From Alloascoidea hylecoeti (taxonomy: Eukaryota), in contig BCKZ01000023.1 of NCBI GenBank assembly GCA_001600815.1, positions 1 to 64,000 on the forward strand: a stretch of DNA of 64,000 nucleotides, read 5' to 3'. The notes under the pieces are model-generated. The model worked only from the letters and a program-made list of their open reading frames with translations, was not told the DNA's origin and ran no database searches. This document shows positions 9,592 through 22,994 of the stretch, piece by piece. Position numbers and translations under genes: made by a program. Every line of letters starts with the position of its first letter. Positions within the stretch are counted from its first letter, which is position 1.

Positions 9592-10439
9592 TCACTGGCT
9601 TCTTAAAACATATTCTTCTTTCAAATATTGAGCACAATCAATAACAAATTCATCAACTTTTTCTGGTGCCAATGGTTTCACTGCACCATTTCCAAAACCA
9701 ATTGGTACTTGAACTCTATTTCGGCCATCTGAGTCTAATATTGTAAGCATGTCCATGGGGTATTTTCCTCCACCAAGCGGGTGAAATGCATTAAATGACT
9801 TGATTAAAGATCCATCTAGCTCATTAACTTGAGAATTATTGTTAGCATATTTTAAAACACATAGTAGATGCATCTTAGGCGTTATATTAACATACGTATT
9901 GGAAAATTGTACGCGTTGACGGTTGTATCAGAAGAAATACCATATATTTCAATGCCTGCTTCACGTCTAAGTCTTTCATATGAATCACTGGCCAAGGTTA
10001 GGAAAATTGTTAAGAAGTACTTTACAAGACCATAATTATCATCGTACCTGATAAATTTCAGAAATGGAAACTCAATTAATCCAAAGAAAATTAGAACAGT
10101 TGCAGTAACACCAGACACCAATTCTTGTAAAAATATTTCCTGGTAAGATTTTCCATGGTGGAATATTCTTAACTTGGAATTTATATCAAGCGTATCTAAA
10201 ATAAACGAAGATTTATCCCTTTCAGCTATAAAAGTAGGTCGTATAGGACTAGACTTTTTTCTTTTAAAGAGCAATTTTCGTTTCACGCAGTCTGTCACGT
10301 AAACAGAATCTAAGGTTTCATTTAATGATATTTCTGTCTCTAATTCCGAGATAAGTCTTTTCATTTTTTTGGATGGAGGTGGAGTTTTCTTTAAAAGAGG
10401 AGAAGTCTTCATCTCAAACGTTTTCATCGGGATGCTCAC
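9592..10439 (-). CDS. Thioredoxin/AhpC-fold-like fungal protein; intron 9895-9828
   Basis: Two ORFs join through GTATGT..TGCTAAC..AAG (or an in-frame TAG 12 nt later), giving IYGISSD...YNFPILNELDGSLIKSF..FHPLGGG..PMD.LTILDSDGR. Confidence 0.6.
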
Positions 10440-11634
10440 GTGTGTTTATGTTTTACCCCATTTGGCTATATAATCTGGGAGTACCGATAATTCTTGATAA
10501 CAACATTCGGGAAATAATTTTAAAACGAAGTCTTATACAAATTGTTTTCTCCACTTCCCTTGACAAGTTACAAACCTTTACACATAACCATATACCGGTA
10601 TATAATCCTCTCATCTCATATTTTTAACTTTAAAAAAGAGTTAAATGTTGAACTTTCAGGAAACCCACTTTTTGAGATAAATGTATGGGTACATACTACG
10701 TATACTACGTACTGTAGGAGATTAAGAGCCATCTTCATCTTTGTTTTCAATTAACACGAGATCCAGTGGACTATCATAATAATTAAATATATTTATATTC
10801 CTCTCATCTCTATCCCTCTTATTTCCAATTTTAATATACAGTTCACAAGATAAGTTCAGATAAATCCATGTTTCAACATAATATATTGTTATGTACATAT
10901 TCACCCGGGTGAAATCAGGAAAATCTTCCGGAGTTGTTCTAGGGTAGTGTCATTATCACCATTATTGTATTTAGTACTTGATTCTTTTAAAAGAGTTCTT
11001 TAAACTTTTTATTATTTTTTTTTTGTTCCTCAGTGTTTAATTTTAAACACCTAATCTTCCTTAATTTCAATGAAATCAATACTGTAGTTTCCCATAACAT
11101 TATCATTATTAGAAATTGAAATTGAATTCAAATTTGAATTTGAGCCGGAATTGGAATTGAATATATTTAATAGAATTTGAAGAAATAAAGATATCGAACT
11201 AATATTGTCATTTTTTGCTACTTTTTTTTTATTGTTAATAATTCAATATTAGTATCATTTCTTTCAGGATACTCAATTAATGATTTATAAGTTTTTAAAT
11301 TTACTTTAAATTTGTTTTTTCATTTATTTACCCTATGTCTTTAAAATTCATATTGAATTGAGTTGGGGTATGTTATTTGGGTACTATAGATAAGAAGATT
11401 GATATAGGTATTTCTTAAAGCCTTTGAAATTTCAATGAAAAACCTTCCTTGATCTTTGATTGTATCTGAAAGTGAATTGTACAACATAATTACATACTTT
11501 TAAAAATAACTTTTCTCATTATCATATTTAAGGAATTCCAGAACAAGTCATGGAGAAATAAAAGGTAGAAAGTTTTCAGTAGCAATTGATTCTCCTAGTA
11601 AAATTATATATTTATATTCATAATTACATATTCC

Positions 11635-13767
11635 TTACAACAATTCCAAAATCTTTCCGATAGCAACTGTTTGTCCTTGATCTCTTAAAGTAAATCTACC
11701 TAACTGAGGATAGTTTTCATAAGTTTCGCAACAAATTGGCAAGTCTGTCTCCAGTATAGCAATAATCTTCATTCCTTGTTTAGCAAACGCTGGCGGTTTC
11801 TTTGATCGTTTATTTGTTCCCCTCTGCAATTTATGTAACAATTCAGTGAAGGTGACTTCTTGAATTGCTGTATGAATATGCAAAACACAGGAATAGCCTG
11901 TTGATAAGATTGATTTTAATTCAACAATGAAGATTTCTGCTTTAAACTTTGTAACAGTATGAACTGGATGCGAAACAGATGTTAAGACAAAACCATTAGA
12001 TATATCTTCTTCTTCAATTCCTTTCAATTTAAGTCTAACTTGTTCACCGCAATAAGCAGATGCAACTTCGGACTCGGTTTCATTATAAATTGTTAAGACA
12101 TTAACATTTTTTTTATTAGGCATAATCACTAACAAATCATCCTTCTTAACATGTCCACTTTCAATCTTACCTTCAACAACTGTACCCATATCTTTCATTT
12201 TACCTCCGATAGGTAACATAAAAGGAGCATTTAGTTTTCTATCAACGGCAGACATAGAATCCAGATACTCTAATAGGGAAGGACCTTTGTACCAACTACA
12301 TTCAGATTTGGAAACACGATCTTTCAAACCAGCACCACTGAATCCAGAAACAGGCATAAAGACAACATCAGTTTTAATATTAAAGCCAATTTTTCTTAAG
12401 TAGACTGAAAGTTTAGTAGTACATTCATCATAACGCTTCTTTGCCCAATTAACAGTTGGGTCATCCATCTTATTAATAACAACGATTAACCTATTAACAC
12501 CTTGTGTCTTGGCTAATAAAGCGTGCTCTCTTGTTTGACCACCCTTTTCAAAACCAGTTTCGTATTCACCTTTTCTAGCAGAAATAACCAAAATACCAAC
12601 ATCTGCTTGAGAGGCACCACCAATCATTTCAGAAACATACATTTTATGACCAGGAGCATCCAAAATTGTATATCTTCTCTTTTCAGTTTCAAAATAAGCC
12701 TTACCCACCTCAATTGTTTTACCATCGGCTCTTTCTTCCTTATTGGTATCCATAATCCAAGATAGGTACCAACCCTGCCTACCAGCTTCCTTTGCTTCAC
12801 GCTGATATTTTTCAACACTACGATGGTCAACGGCATTGGTTAAAAAGAGAATATTTCCACCCATCGTTGATTTACCGGCATCAACGTGACCCATAAAGAT
12901 AATTGAAAAGTGATCTTTTCCACCAAACATATCCTTGACGATAGCTTCATCAATTTCTTCTTCTTGTTCTTTGATTAAGGTATCAGCATCCTTAACTGTA
13001 GAGCCCACAACAGCGGTGGTAGCAGCTGGTGCAGCTGGCTTGGATGGAACAGGAGAAGCAGTTTCACTTCTTGCCGGTGTTGTAGTCTTTGAAGTTGCAA
13101 CCTTAGTTTCAACAGGTTTTGTTGCTTTGGTCTCAGTAGCTTTTACAACCTCTGGCTTAGGTGCAATTGCTTCTTCTTTTGGCTTAGTATCTTCCGGTTC
13201 CACTTTGTTGGCAGAAACAGTAAGTTTATTACCTAACTTGATACCACCCCCTATAACCAATGTCTTCTTTTGTGGAGTAGCTTTGGTAACAGGTCTATTG
13301 AGATCGGCCTTTTTTGCAGCTTCGGCAGCTTTGTAATCTTCTAATGACATTGCTGATCCTGTAGCACCAGAATTTGAAGATCCATCTTGAGGTTGGTATT
13401 GTCTGTTATAATTATTATAATTGTTATTATGGTTGTTATTGTTGTAGCCACCTCTATTGTTATTGTTTCTTGAATAGCCACCTTGAGTATTTTGACCATA
13501 TTGGCCATACTGCCCATATTGTCCATAAGCCTGCTGTTGTTGATTATATGGATATGCCTGGTTATAGTATTGCTGTTGAGGTTGGAAACTCGGGGCAGCA
13601 GCAGGGTTGAAACTAGGAACACCGGCTGCATTCCATTGTCTTTGACCACCTGGTTGATTATATTGTTGTCGGTTTTGTCCACCTTGATTTTGGCCCTGAT
13701 TTTGAGCTTGATCTCCAACATTTAGTTGCCTTTGAAAGTCGTTTGATAATTGGTCTTGGTTAGACAT
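11635..13767 (-). CDS. SUP35: Translation termination factor eRF3
   Basis: Q/N-rich N domain, charged M domain, GTPase motifs GHVDAGKST, DAPGHK and NKMD. Confidence 0.98.
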   Translation of the reverse strand: MSNQDQLSNDFQRQLNVGDQAQNQGQNQGGQNRQQYNQPGGQRQWNAAGVPSFNPAAAPSFQPQQQYYNQAYPYNQQQQAYGQYGQYGQYGQNTQGGYSRNNNNRGGYNNNNHNNNYNNYNRQYQPQDGSSNSGATGSAMSLEDYKAAEAAKKADLNRPVTKATPQKKTLVIGGGIKLGNKLTVSANKVEPEDTKPKEEAIAPKPEVVKATETKATKPVETKVATSKTTTPARSETASPVPSKPAAPAATTAVVGSTVKDADTLIKEQEEEIDEAIVKDMFGGKDHFSIIFMGHVDAGKSTMGGNILFLTNAVDHRSVEKYQREAKEAGRQGWYLSWIMDTNKEERADGKTIEVGKAYFETEKRRYTILDAPGHKMYVSEMIGGASQADVGILVISARKGEYETGFEKGGQTREHALLAKTQGVNRLIVVINKMDDPTVNWAKKRYDECTTKLSVYLRKIGFNIKTDVVFMPVSGFSGAGLKDRVSKSECSWYKGPSLLEYLDSMSAVDRKLNAPFMLPIGGKMKDMGTVVEGKIESGHVKKDDLLVIMPNKKNVNVLTIYNETESEVASAYCGEQVRLKLKGIEEEDISNGFVLTSVSHPVHTVTKFKAEIFIVELKSILSTGYSCVLHIHTAIQEVTFTELLHKLQRGTNKRSKKPPAFAKQGMKIIAILETDLPICCETYENYPQLGRFTLRDQGQTVAIGKILELL

Positions 13768-14043
13768 TTTGCTTATTCGATCCTATAAATATTTAAGCTG
13801 ATGGGAAATAAGAAAACGAAAACGAAGTCTGAAGAGTGGATTTATGTAAAAACAAGTAAAATGGATGGATTTTGAAAAAGTGATAAATTTTTTGGTTTCG
13901 TCCATGAAAAGTCATGTGATACTCACTCGACCGGGTAATTTATTGATGAATTATGAGTAAACGTTTTTGTTTTGAAATAATTATTTAAGAAGGGAATATT
14001 ATACAGTAGCTATAAATAAACCTACTTATATCATTATATAAAA

Positions 14044-15147
14044 TTATGTTTGAACTTTTTTAAGACATTTCTCAAAGGTTTCTAATAAATTTTTAAGACC
14101 ACTAGTGACATTTTCATCAGGACCTTGGCCAGGAGTAAATTGTGAATGTGCAAAGTCAATAAAAGAAAGCGTAGAGATTGGAGCTTCCTTATCAAGTTCA
14201 TCTGAATCATCACCTTCCTGATCAAGTTCATCTGCTTCATTATCTTTTTGATCAGGTTCTTTAATTTCCTTATCAACATCTTCATGCTTTGTTTCATCTT
14301 CTTCCTCCTCTGATTCTTCCAAATCTTCATTAAATAAATCATCTAAATGATTGATAACAATGCGGTGATAGGTGGCATCCTCCCATCTTTTCAAATCACT
14401 CTCATAAGTAAATAATAGACTGGAAGCAATTAATCTAACTTCTTCCTTTTGAAGGCATTTCAATAATAATTCCAATCTTTCAATGTAAACCACTAATAAT
14501 TCTTCAATATAGTCATTACTTCCCAACGGTTCGAAATATTTTAAGATTCCATCTGCTACATCAGTTGTAGTTAAATTTCTACCAAAAAATTTATCATAAA
14601 CAATATAATCTTTCTTTTCATGATCATATACTTTCATACCACATATTCTAAAATACAATGAACCAGATGTAGTTGAATCAGAAACCTTTTTCAATCGTTC
14701 AACTTTTTCAGGAGTGGCGTTCGAATCCCAAAGGATTTTCCCTAATTTTATATCCAAAACCGAAGGATGAACGAATCCATTAGTTAAATTTTTCAGAACA
14801 ATGTATGGCTTCTCATCTGATTCAGGTGTATTAATAGTATTTTCCAAGGTTCCATAGAAAGGAGCGACCCAATGCCATAACCTAGATCCGTCTATGTCAA
14901 TATCAATGGATGCTGCGTCGGCTTCATCTTCATCTTCGTCTTCAGATTTTTCGGGAGATTCGCCATGTAGATCCTTTGTTTGTTGTTGAAATAATTCTAG
15001 ATAAAAATCTACTTCTTGCTGGGTGGTAGCTTTGGCAAAAAATTCGCCTGAGTTATCTTTTAGGGTCCCGGCATGACCTGCGGCTGCACCCTCAAAAGGA
15101 GAAAAAGACGACAATTTATGCTGGAGGGAGTTGATTTCGTCAATCAT
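14044..15147 (-). CDS. ARG82: Inositol polyphosphate multikinase
   Basis: AAGH, PSVLDIKLG, FRICGMK, SSLL and IDFAH motifs. Likely start MIDEIN. Confidence 0.9.
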   Translation of the reverse strand: MIDEINSLQHKLSSFSPFEGAAAGHAGTLKDNSGEFFAKATTQQEVDFYLELFQQQTKDLHGESPEKSEDEDEDEADAASIDIDIDGSRLWHWVAPFYGTLENTINTPESDEKPYIVLKNLTNGFVHPSVLDIKLGKILWDSNATPEKVERLKKVSDSTTSGSLYFRICGMKVYDHEKKDYIVYDKFFGRNLTTTDVADGILKYFEPLGSNDYIEELLVVYIERLELLLKCLQKEEVRLIASSLLFTYESDLKRWEDATYHRIVINHLDDLFNEDLEESEEEEDETKHEDVDKEIKEPDQKDNEADELDQEGDDSDELDKEAPISTLSFIDFAHSQFTPGQGPDENVTSGLKNLLETFEKCLKKVQT

Positions 15148-15582
15148 TTTGACTTTTTGGTTGAAATTTATAAAAGTGCAGGAAAAACCGGTGGAACACA
15201 AAACGAACATTTCAATTAATATAGCCTCATGAAACACTAATACTACGGATACATAGATTAACAGGAACTGGGTTTATTTTTAACTACCCGAACATGTCAT
15301 ACGATCTGGGAGGGTTTGAGGGTTTCCGAGGCTCCACGAGGCTCCACGAAGCTATACCGGGGACCATGAAACCTACAAGCTTTAGGGCGAAGTTGGACCT
15401 GACAGCAAATTCAAACCTGTTGAAATATTACAATTAATATTGTCTCAAGTTAAAAATAAACCCTTCCTGCAGACGAAAATTAACTTATAGTTGTTTACTA
15501 TCTTATATTAATATTTGCTTCTTTCCCTCTTTTTCTTTACCACACTCCATTTCCTTTTCCTTTTCCATCCTTCCATCTAATC

Positions 15583-16594
15583 ATGAGTTTCAGAAACGTA
15601 TGTCCACAGACCCTTATAGTACAACTATTTGTATTAGTACTAACCTTATCATCCTAGTCTTACAAAGGGTAGGTCTTGTATCCTGTGGATTACACATTTA
15701 CTCCTTCATCCACAGATCTCTAACACTAACACCTTTTTTAGTTATCAACAACCATCCCCATATGGAAATGACAGTTCTTTTGAATTAGGCGGTTATGAGG
15801 CGAAACCATACGGAGAGGACGATTTTGCCTCTTTTATGGGCGAAATCACTGATATCAATCACTCTTTAGATCAATACGAATCCAATATTGAAGATATCGA
15901 AACCTTACACCAAAAATTACTTAATGAAGTTTCAGAAGAACAAGAAGAATACGTTAGAAAACAACTTGATAGTAAAATTGCCCAAACCTCTTCCATGTCA
16001 AATTCCCTAAAAATGAGGATTAAAAAGGCACAGGCTGCTGGATTACACGATGAATCTAAGAATAAACAAGCAGAAGCTTGTAAGAATCGATTCATGAATC
16101 TGATCCAAAACTATCGAAAAGTTGAGGCAGATCATAGGGAACGAAGCAAACAGCGAGCTGCTAGACAATATAAAATCATACGACCCGAGGCCTCAGAAGA
16201 CGAGGTTAGAGACGCGATTGAAGACACCTCTGGGCAACAGATTTTCTCTCAAGCTTTATTGAACACCAACAGACGAGGAGAAGCACGTTCAGCTTTAAAT
16301 GAAGTACAAAATCGTCATCGAGAACTAGTTAAATTGGAAAAAACTATGGGTGAACTTGCTCAATTGTTCAGTGATATGGAGGAACTTGTCACCGAACAAG
16401 ACGTTGCTATCCAACAAATCGACGAACAGGTTGAACGGGCACAAATTGATATTGAACAAGGTGTTGGCAATACAGATAAGGCAGTTGTTAGTGCCAAAAA
16501 GAGCAGAAAATGGAAGTGTTGGTGCTTCTGGATCGCAATCCTTATTATTATTATCATTGTTATAGCGGTTGTTGTGTCTGTTCTTAAAAAATAA
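15583..16594 (+). CDS. SSO1: Plasma-membrane syntaxin (Sso1/Sso2); exons 15583-15597, 15658-15668, 15742-16594
   Basis: Habc domain, SNARE motif (ALNEVQNRH.EL.KLEKTM.EL.QLF) and C-terminal TM. Two introns with TACTAAC/CACTAAC splice in frame. Confidence 0.92.
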
Positions 16595-17314
16595 GGAACA
16601 AGATGATGTGTCCGAAAAGTAATTACATAACGGAATTGGATTTGCACTTTGAAGATTAAATTTCTACATTATATATTATTTTAGGCTATAAATATTTAAA
16701 TGTGATAATTATATGTTGACAGTTGATTTAGTACTATACTATCATCACACATTATGACGCTCAGTTTGATAGACCAAGGCCAACAGTGCCGATATATAGA
16801 GTGGAGAAGGTCTTTGATCTTCCAGTGACAAAAGTTATCTCTAAGATCATAATAAAACATCGAAATGTTTAGATCGAAGCGAAGGCAAAGACTGGTAATG
16901 TACACTATGGACATTAATTGAGGTAGGAAACAAATGGAAAATTTATTAACTAAAGAATAATATTTAACAAACGATTGGAAAATGGAGAAGAGAAAACTTT
17001 TCAAAGGGTGTGTCTTAAATAAGAAAATAATGATGGATTGTACTGAATTTTACTCGTGTGTTCTGAAGTTTACCCGTGCGATCCAACAAAAACAGATCCA
17101 ACAAATTGTCCTTAGATGGTCGCCCAATGGCGTTATTCTGTAGTTAGTGTGTCGCTAATATGTCGTTACGGTACATAACCCAACTTTTTCATGGCTCAAC
17201 TCTTTTTTGATTTGCCAATTTTTTTAAATTATAAAGAACACCCGTTTCCGTTTTTTTCAGACTTTTTTTCTTCTTCACACTCCACCGCTTTTATCTTCAT
17301 TTTCACATTTACCA

Positions 17315-20300
17315 ATGCGTGCCGAAGTTGAACAGGAACTTGCTCACGTTCTTCTTACTGAACTTCTCGCATTCCAATTCGCATCTCCCGTTAGATGGTG
17401 AGTACACTACAAACTTCTCTCTATTTGTTGTTATATTTACTAACTCTTCTTATAGGATCGAAACTCAGGATGTTTTTCTTAAAGACCACAATACCGAACG
17501 TGTTGTGGAAATTGGTCCTTCTCCCACTTTGGCTGGTATGGCCTCAAGAACCATAAAATCCAAATATGAATCTTATGACGCCGCAAAGTCTCTTCAACGT
17601 CAGGTCTTATCTTATGCCAAAGATGCTAAACAGATATATTATATTGCCGATCCTGCTGAGGAAAAGGAAGAAACTCCATCCCCAGCTACTGCTGATACTC
17701 CTGCTGCAACTGCTGCTGCAACTCCTGCTGCTGCCCCCGTTGCCGCTGCTCCAGCCCCAAGTGCTGCGGGACCTGCTGCCTCTATTCCAGATGAACCTGT
17801 CAAAGCTGTTCTTGTTCTACACACTCTTGTCGCTACCAAGTTGAAGAAACCACTGGAAGGTATTTCTCTTTCAAAGGCAATTAAAGATCTTGTTGGTGGT
17901 AAATCAACTGTTCAAAATGAAATCTTAGGTGATCTAGGTAAAGAATTTGGAACAACTCCTGAAAAGCCAGAAGAAACTCCATTAGATGAATTAGCTGAGA
18001 CCTTCCAAGGTAGTTTCAATGGTCAATTAGGTAAACAATCTTCATCCCTTGTTTCAAGAATGATTTCTTCAAAGATGCCGGGTGGATTCTCTCTTACTTC
18101 TGCTAGAAAATACTTAGAAAGTAGATGGGGTTTGGGTCCTGGTAGACAAGATTCTGCTTTGCTGATCGCCTTGACTGTTGAACCAGCATCCCGTCTTGGA
18201 TCAGAAGCTGATGCTAAAACATTTTTTGATTCTGTTGCCCAGAAATATGCTGGTATTGCAGGTATTAATCTAGCTCAAGCTTCTGCTGCCTCTGCTGGTG
18301 GCGCTGCTGCCGGTGGAGCTGTAATTGATTCTGCTGCTTTTGATGAATTAACCAAAGATCAAAGAGATCTTGCTCGTAAACAATTAGAACTATTTGCACA
18401 ATACTTGAAGATTGATTTAAAGAGTGGTGATAAGAAATTTATTAAACAACAGGAAGCTACTAATGTTTTACAACAAGAATTGGATCTTTGGAATGTTGAA
18501 CATGGAGATTTCTATGCTTCTGGTATAAAACCTGTCTTTTCATCATTAAAAGCAAGAGTTTACGATTCTTATTGGAATTGGGCTCGTCAAGATGTTCTTT
18601 CAATGTATTTTGATATCATTTTTGGTCGTTTATCAAATGTCGATAGAGAAACTGTTTCTCAATGCATTCAAATTATGAATCGTGCCAATCCAACCTTAAT
18701 TAAATTCATGCAATATCATATTGATAACTGTCCTGCTTCGAATGGTCCAACTTACGAATTAGCTAAGAAATTAGGACAACAATTAATTGACAATTGTATT
18801 CAAGTATTAGATGCAGAACCTGTTTATAAAGATGTTATGTATCCAACTGCTCCAAAAACAAATGTTGATTTGAGAGGTAACATTACTTATGATGAAGTTT
18901 CAAGAACTGCTGTTAGAAAATTGGAACAATATGTTCATGAGATGGCTGCTGGTAGTGAAGTTAGTAGAAGTGATAAATATCCTACTATTAAAGAAGATCT
19001 TGTTCGTGTTTACAAAACAATTTCTAAACAACAACAATTATCTAAAGCTACTAAAGATCATGTTACATCATTATATAGTGAACTTTTGAAATTTTTGGAA
19101 GAATCGGAAGAAATTGATTCCAAACAAAAAGTTGTTGCTGATGTTGGTTCTGAATCAGAAACAGATGTTACTGATGAAATTGGAAGCTTGGCAAATACTT
19201 CATCAATTAAGAAATCAGTTTCATCTAAATTATCACATGAAATTATTCCATTCCTACATTTGAAGAAAAAGACACTTGATGGTTGGGAATATGATAGAGC
19301 ATCATCTGGTGTTTACTTAGATGGTTTAGAGAATGGTGCTATTAATGGTCTTACTTTCCAAAATAAATATGCCTTACTTACTGGTGCGGGTGCTGGTTCA
19401 ATTGGTGCTGATATCTTACAAGGTCTTATTTCCGGTGGTGCAAAAGTTGTTGTTACAACCTCTAGATTCTCTCGTAAAGTTACAGAATTTTATCAATCCA
19501 TGTACAGTCGATTCGGTTCTCATGGAAGTGCTTTAGTTGTTGTTCCATTCAATCAAGGTTCTAAGCAAGATGTTGAAGCTTTAGTTAATTATATTTATGA
19601 TGATCCAAAGAAAGGTGGTCTTGGTTGGGATTTGGACTTTGTTATTCCATTTGCTGCTATTCCAGAAGCTGGTATTGAAATTGATGGTGTTGAATCAAGA
19701 TCAGAACTAGCTCATAGAATCATGTTAACAAATGTCTTACGTCTTTTAGGTAACATTAAGAAACAAAAAGTTGCTCATAAATCAGATACTAGACCAGCTC
19801 AAGTTATTTTACCATTATCACCTAATCATGGTACTTTTGGATCTGATGGTTTGTATTCTGAATCTAAATTAGCTTTGGAAACTTTATTAAATAGATGGCA
19901 TTCTGAATCATGGGGTTCATACTTAACTATCTGTGGAGCTATTATTGGTTGGACTCGTGGTACTGGTCTTATGAGTGCTAATAATATCGTTGCAGAAGGA
20001 ATTGAAAAATTAGGAGTTAGAACGTTTTCACAAAAAGAAATGGCTTTCAATTTACTTGGTTTATTTACACCTGAAATTGTCAATTTATGTCAACAGGAAC
20101 CAGTTATGGCTGATTTGAATGGTGGATTCCAATTCATTCCAAACTTAAGAGAAACAACCGCCAAATTAAGAGCTGATTTGAATGAAACTTCATCTATTAG
20201 AAGAGCTGTTTCTGTCGAAACCGCTATTGAAACCAAAGTTGTTAATGGTGATGCTGCTGATGCACCATACCAGAAAGTTACAATTCAACCAAGAGCTAAC

Positions 20301-22994
20301 CAAAAGTTTGCTTTCCCAACCCTTAAACCATATAAAGAAGTTAAGAAATTATCTCCTGATTTGGAAGGAATGTTAGATTTAGAACATGTTATAGTTGTTA
20401 CTGGTTTTGGTGAAGTTTCACCATGGGGTAACTCTAGAACTAGATGGGAGATGGAATCTAAAGGTGAATTTTCTCTCGAAGGTTCTATTGAAATGGCTTG
20501 GATTATGGGTCTTATTAAACATCACAATGGTAATATTAAGGGTAAACCATATACTGGTTGGGTTGATACTAAGACTAAAGAACCAGTTGCTGATAAGGAT
20601 ATCAAGAGTAAATATGAAGAACATGTCTTGAAACATGCTGGTATTAGATTAATTGAACCCGAATTATTCCATGGTTATGATCCAAAGAAGAAACAACTTA
20701 TTCAAGAAGTTGTTATTGAACATGATTTGGATGCATTTGAAGATTCTAAAGAAACTGCAGAACATTTCAAACATGAACATGGTGATAAAGTTGAAATCTT
20801 TGAAATTCCCGATTCTGGTGAATATTCTATCAAATTATTGAAAGGTGCTACTTTATTCATTCCAAAGGCACTTAGATTTGACCGTCTTGTTGCTGGACAA
20901 ATTCCAACAGGTTGGGATGCTCGCCGATATGGTATTAGTGAAGATACTATTAACCAAGTTGATCCTATTACACTTTATGTATTGGTTTCTACTGCTGAGG
21001 CATTACTTAGTTCAGGTATTACTGATCCATATGAATTTTATAAATATGTTCATGTTTCTGAAGTTGGTAATTGTGCAGGTTCTGGTATGGGTGGTGTTAC
21101 AGCACTTCGTGGAATGTTTAGAGAAAGATACTCTGATAAACCAGTTCAAAATGATATTCTTCAGGAATCTTTTATTAATACTATGAGTGCTTGGGTTAAT
21201 ATGTTGTTACTTTCTTCATCTGGACCTATCAAGACCCCGGTTGGTGCCTGTGCTACAGCCGTTGAATCTTTGGACATTGGTGTTGAGACTATCTTGACAG
21301 GTAAAGCTAAGATTGTACTTGTTGGTGGTTACGATGATTTCCAAGAAGAAGGATCTACTGAATTTGCTAATATGAATGCTACTAGTAATACAATTGAAGA
21401 ATTTGAACATGGTAGAACTCCAGCAGAAATGTCAAGACCAGCTACTACCACACGTAGTGGATTTATGGAAGCTCAAGGATCTGGTATTCAAGTTATTATG
21501 AATGCACAATTAGCTATTGAAATGGGTGTTCCAATTTATGGTATTGTTGCTTACACAGCTACAGCCTCTGATAAGATTGGAAGATCTGTACCAGCACCAG
21601 GTAAAGGTATTTTGACTACAGCTAGAGAACATCATGGATCATTGAAGTACCCAACACCATTGATGAACATTAAATATAGAAAAAGACAACTTGAAAAGAG
21701 AAAGGCTCAAATTAAACAATGGACTGAAACTGAGTATAGTTACATCAAAGAGGAGGCTGCAGCAATCAAGGATGAATATGGAAGTGAATTCTCTGAAAAG
21801 GATTTCTTCAAGGAAAGAGTTGAATTTATTGACAGAGAAGCTAAGAGACAAACTAAAGATGCTCTACATTTATGGGGTAATGAATTCTGGGCTCAAGATC
21901 CTCGTATTGCTCCATTACGTGGTGCACTTGCTACATTTGGATTAACTATTGATGATCTAGGGGTTGCATCTTTCCATGGTACATCTACTAAAGCCAATGA
22001 TAAGAATGAATCTATTACTATTAATAAGATGTTGTCACATCTTGGACGTACTAAGGGTAATCCAGTTTATGGTATTTTCCAGAAATACTTGACAGGTCAT
22101 CCAAAGGGTGCAGCTGGTGCCTGGATGTTCAATGGAGTTTTGCAAGTTTTGAATAGTGGTATTGTTCCAGGTAATCGAAATGCAGATAATATTGACAAGA
22201 TTTTAGAAGAATATGATTACATTTTATATCCATCAAGAACAATTCAAACAGATGGTCTCAAAGCAGCATCAGTTACATCATTTGGATTTGGACAAAAGGG
22301 AGCTCAAGCAATTGCCATTCATGCAGATTACTTATATGCAGCACTTGATGAAAAATCATATGAAAGTTACGTTTCAAAGGTCAATGCTAGATACAAGAAG
22401 GCTTATAGATATGTCCATCGTGCCATGGCAGAAGAATCATTATTTTCGGCCAAGGAACATGCACCTTATTCAGATGAATTGGAACAACCAGTTTACCTTG
22501 ACCCATTGACTCGTGTAACACCAGATAAGACAGGATCATTGATTTACACTCAACCAAATGTCCAAAAATCCGGTGCATATCTCGCACAACAAACAGGGAA
22601 GGTTGTTGAATCCTTAACAGAATCAAGTTCAGGAAAGAATGTTGGAGTTGATGTTGAATTGATTTCATCTATTAACATTGAAAATGAGACATTTCTTGAA
22701 AGGAATTTCACTAAAGCGGAACGTTCATATTGCTCCAAGACAGCTTCTCCTAGATCCAGTTATGCTGGGAATTGGAGTGCTAAAGAGGCCGTTTTCAAAT
22801 CGTTGAATACAGCCGGCAAAGGAGCAGGAGCAGAATTGAAAAGTATTGAGATTCTAAGGGACAGCAATGGAGCACCAGTCGTGAAATTGCATGGAGACGC
22901 GGCCAAGGCAGCAGCAGCAAATGGGATCAAGACTGTCAAAGTGAGCATTAGTCACGATGACTTCCAAGCGGTTGCAGTAGCCTTTTCCGATTAA
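17315..22994 (+). CDS. FAS2: Fatty acid synthase alpha subunit; intron 17398-17455
   Basis: [11 protein letters not shown]...FASPVRW/IETQD, ACP GGKST, KR, KS (PVGACAT) and C-terminal PPTase (GVDVE, WSAKEA). Confidence 0.99.

Noticed and set aside
15329..15352. AGGCTCCACG duplication and similar short duplications (17080-17105, 32683-32710)
   Set aside because: Short slippage repeats without further support.
17319..17455. ORF-track N-terminus of FAS2 (similar extensions for ARG82, STB3, GPX, SEC7)
   Set aside because: Read-through of intron or UTR from non-ATG or distal starts; better starts were identified.
17566..22948. Many short overlapping ORFs inside FAS2 (likewise in SUP35, SEC7, FUN12, ISW1)
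   Set aside because: Shadow frames caused by codon bias, with no recognisable motifs.
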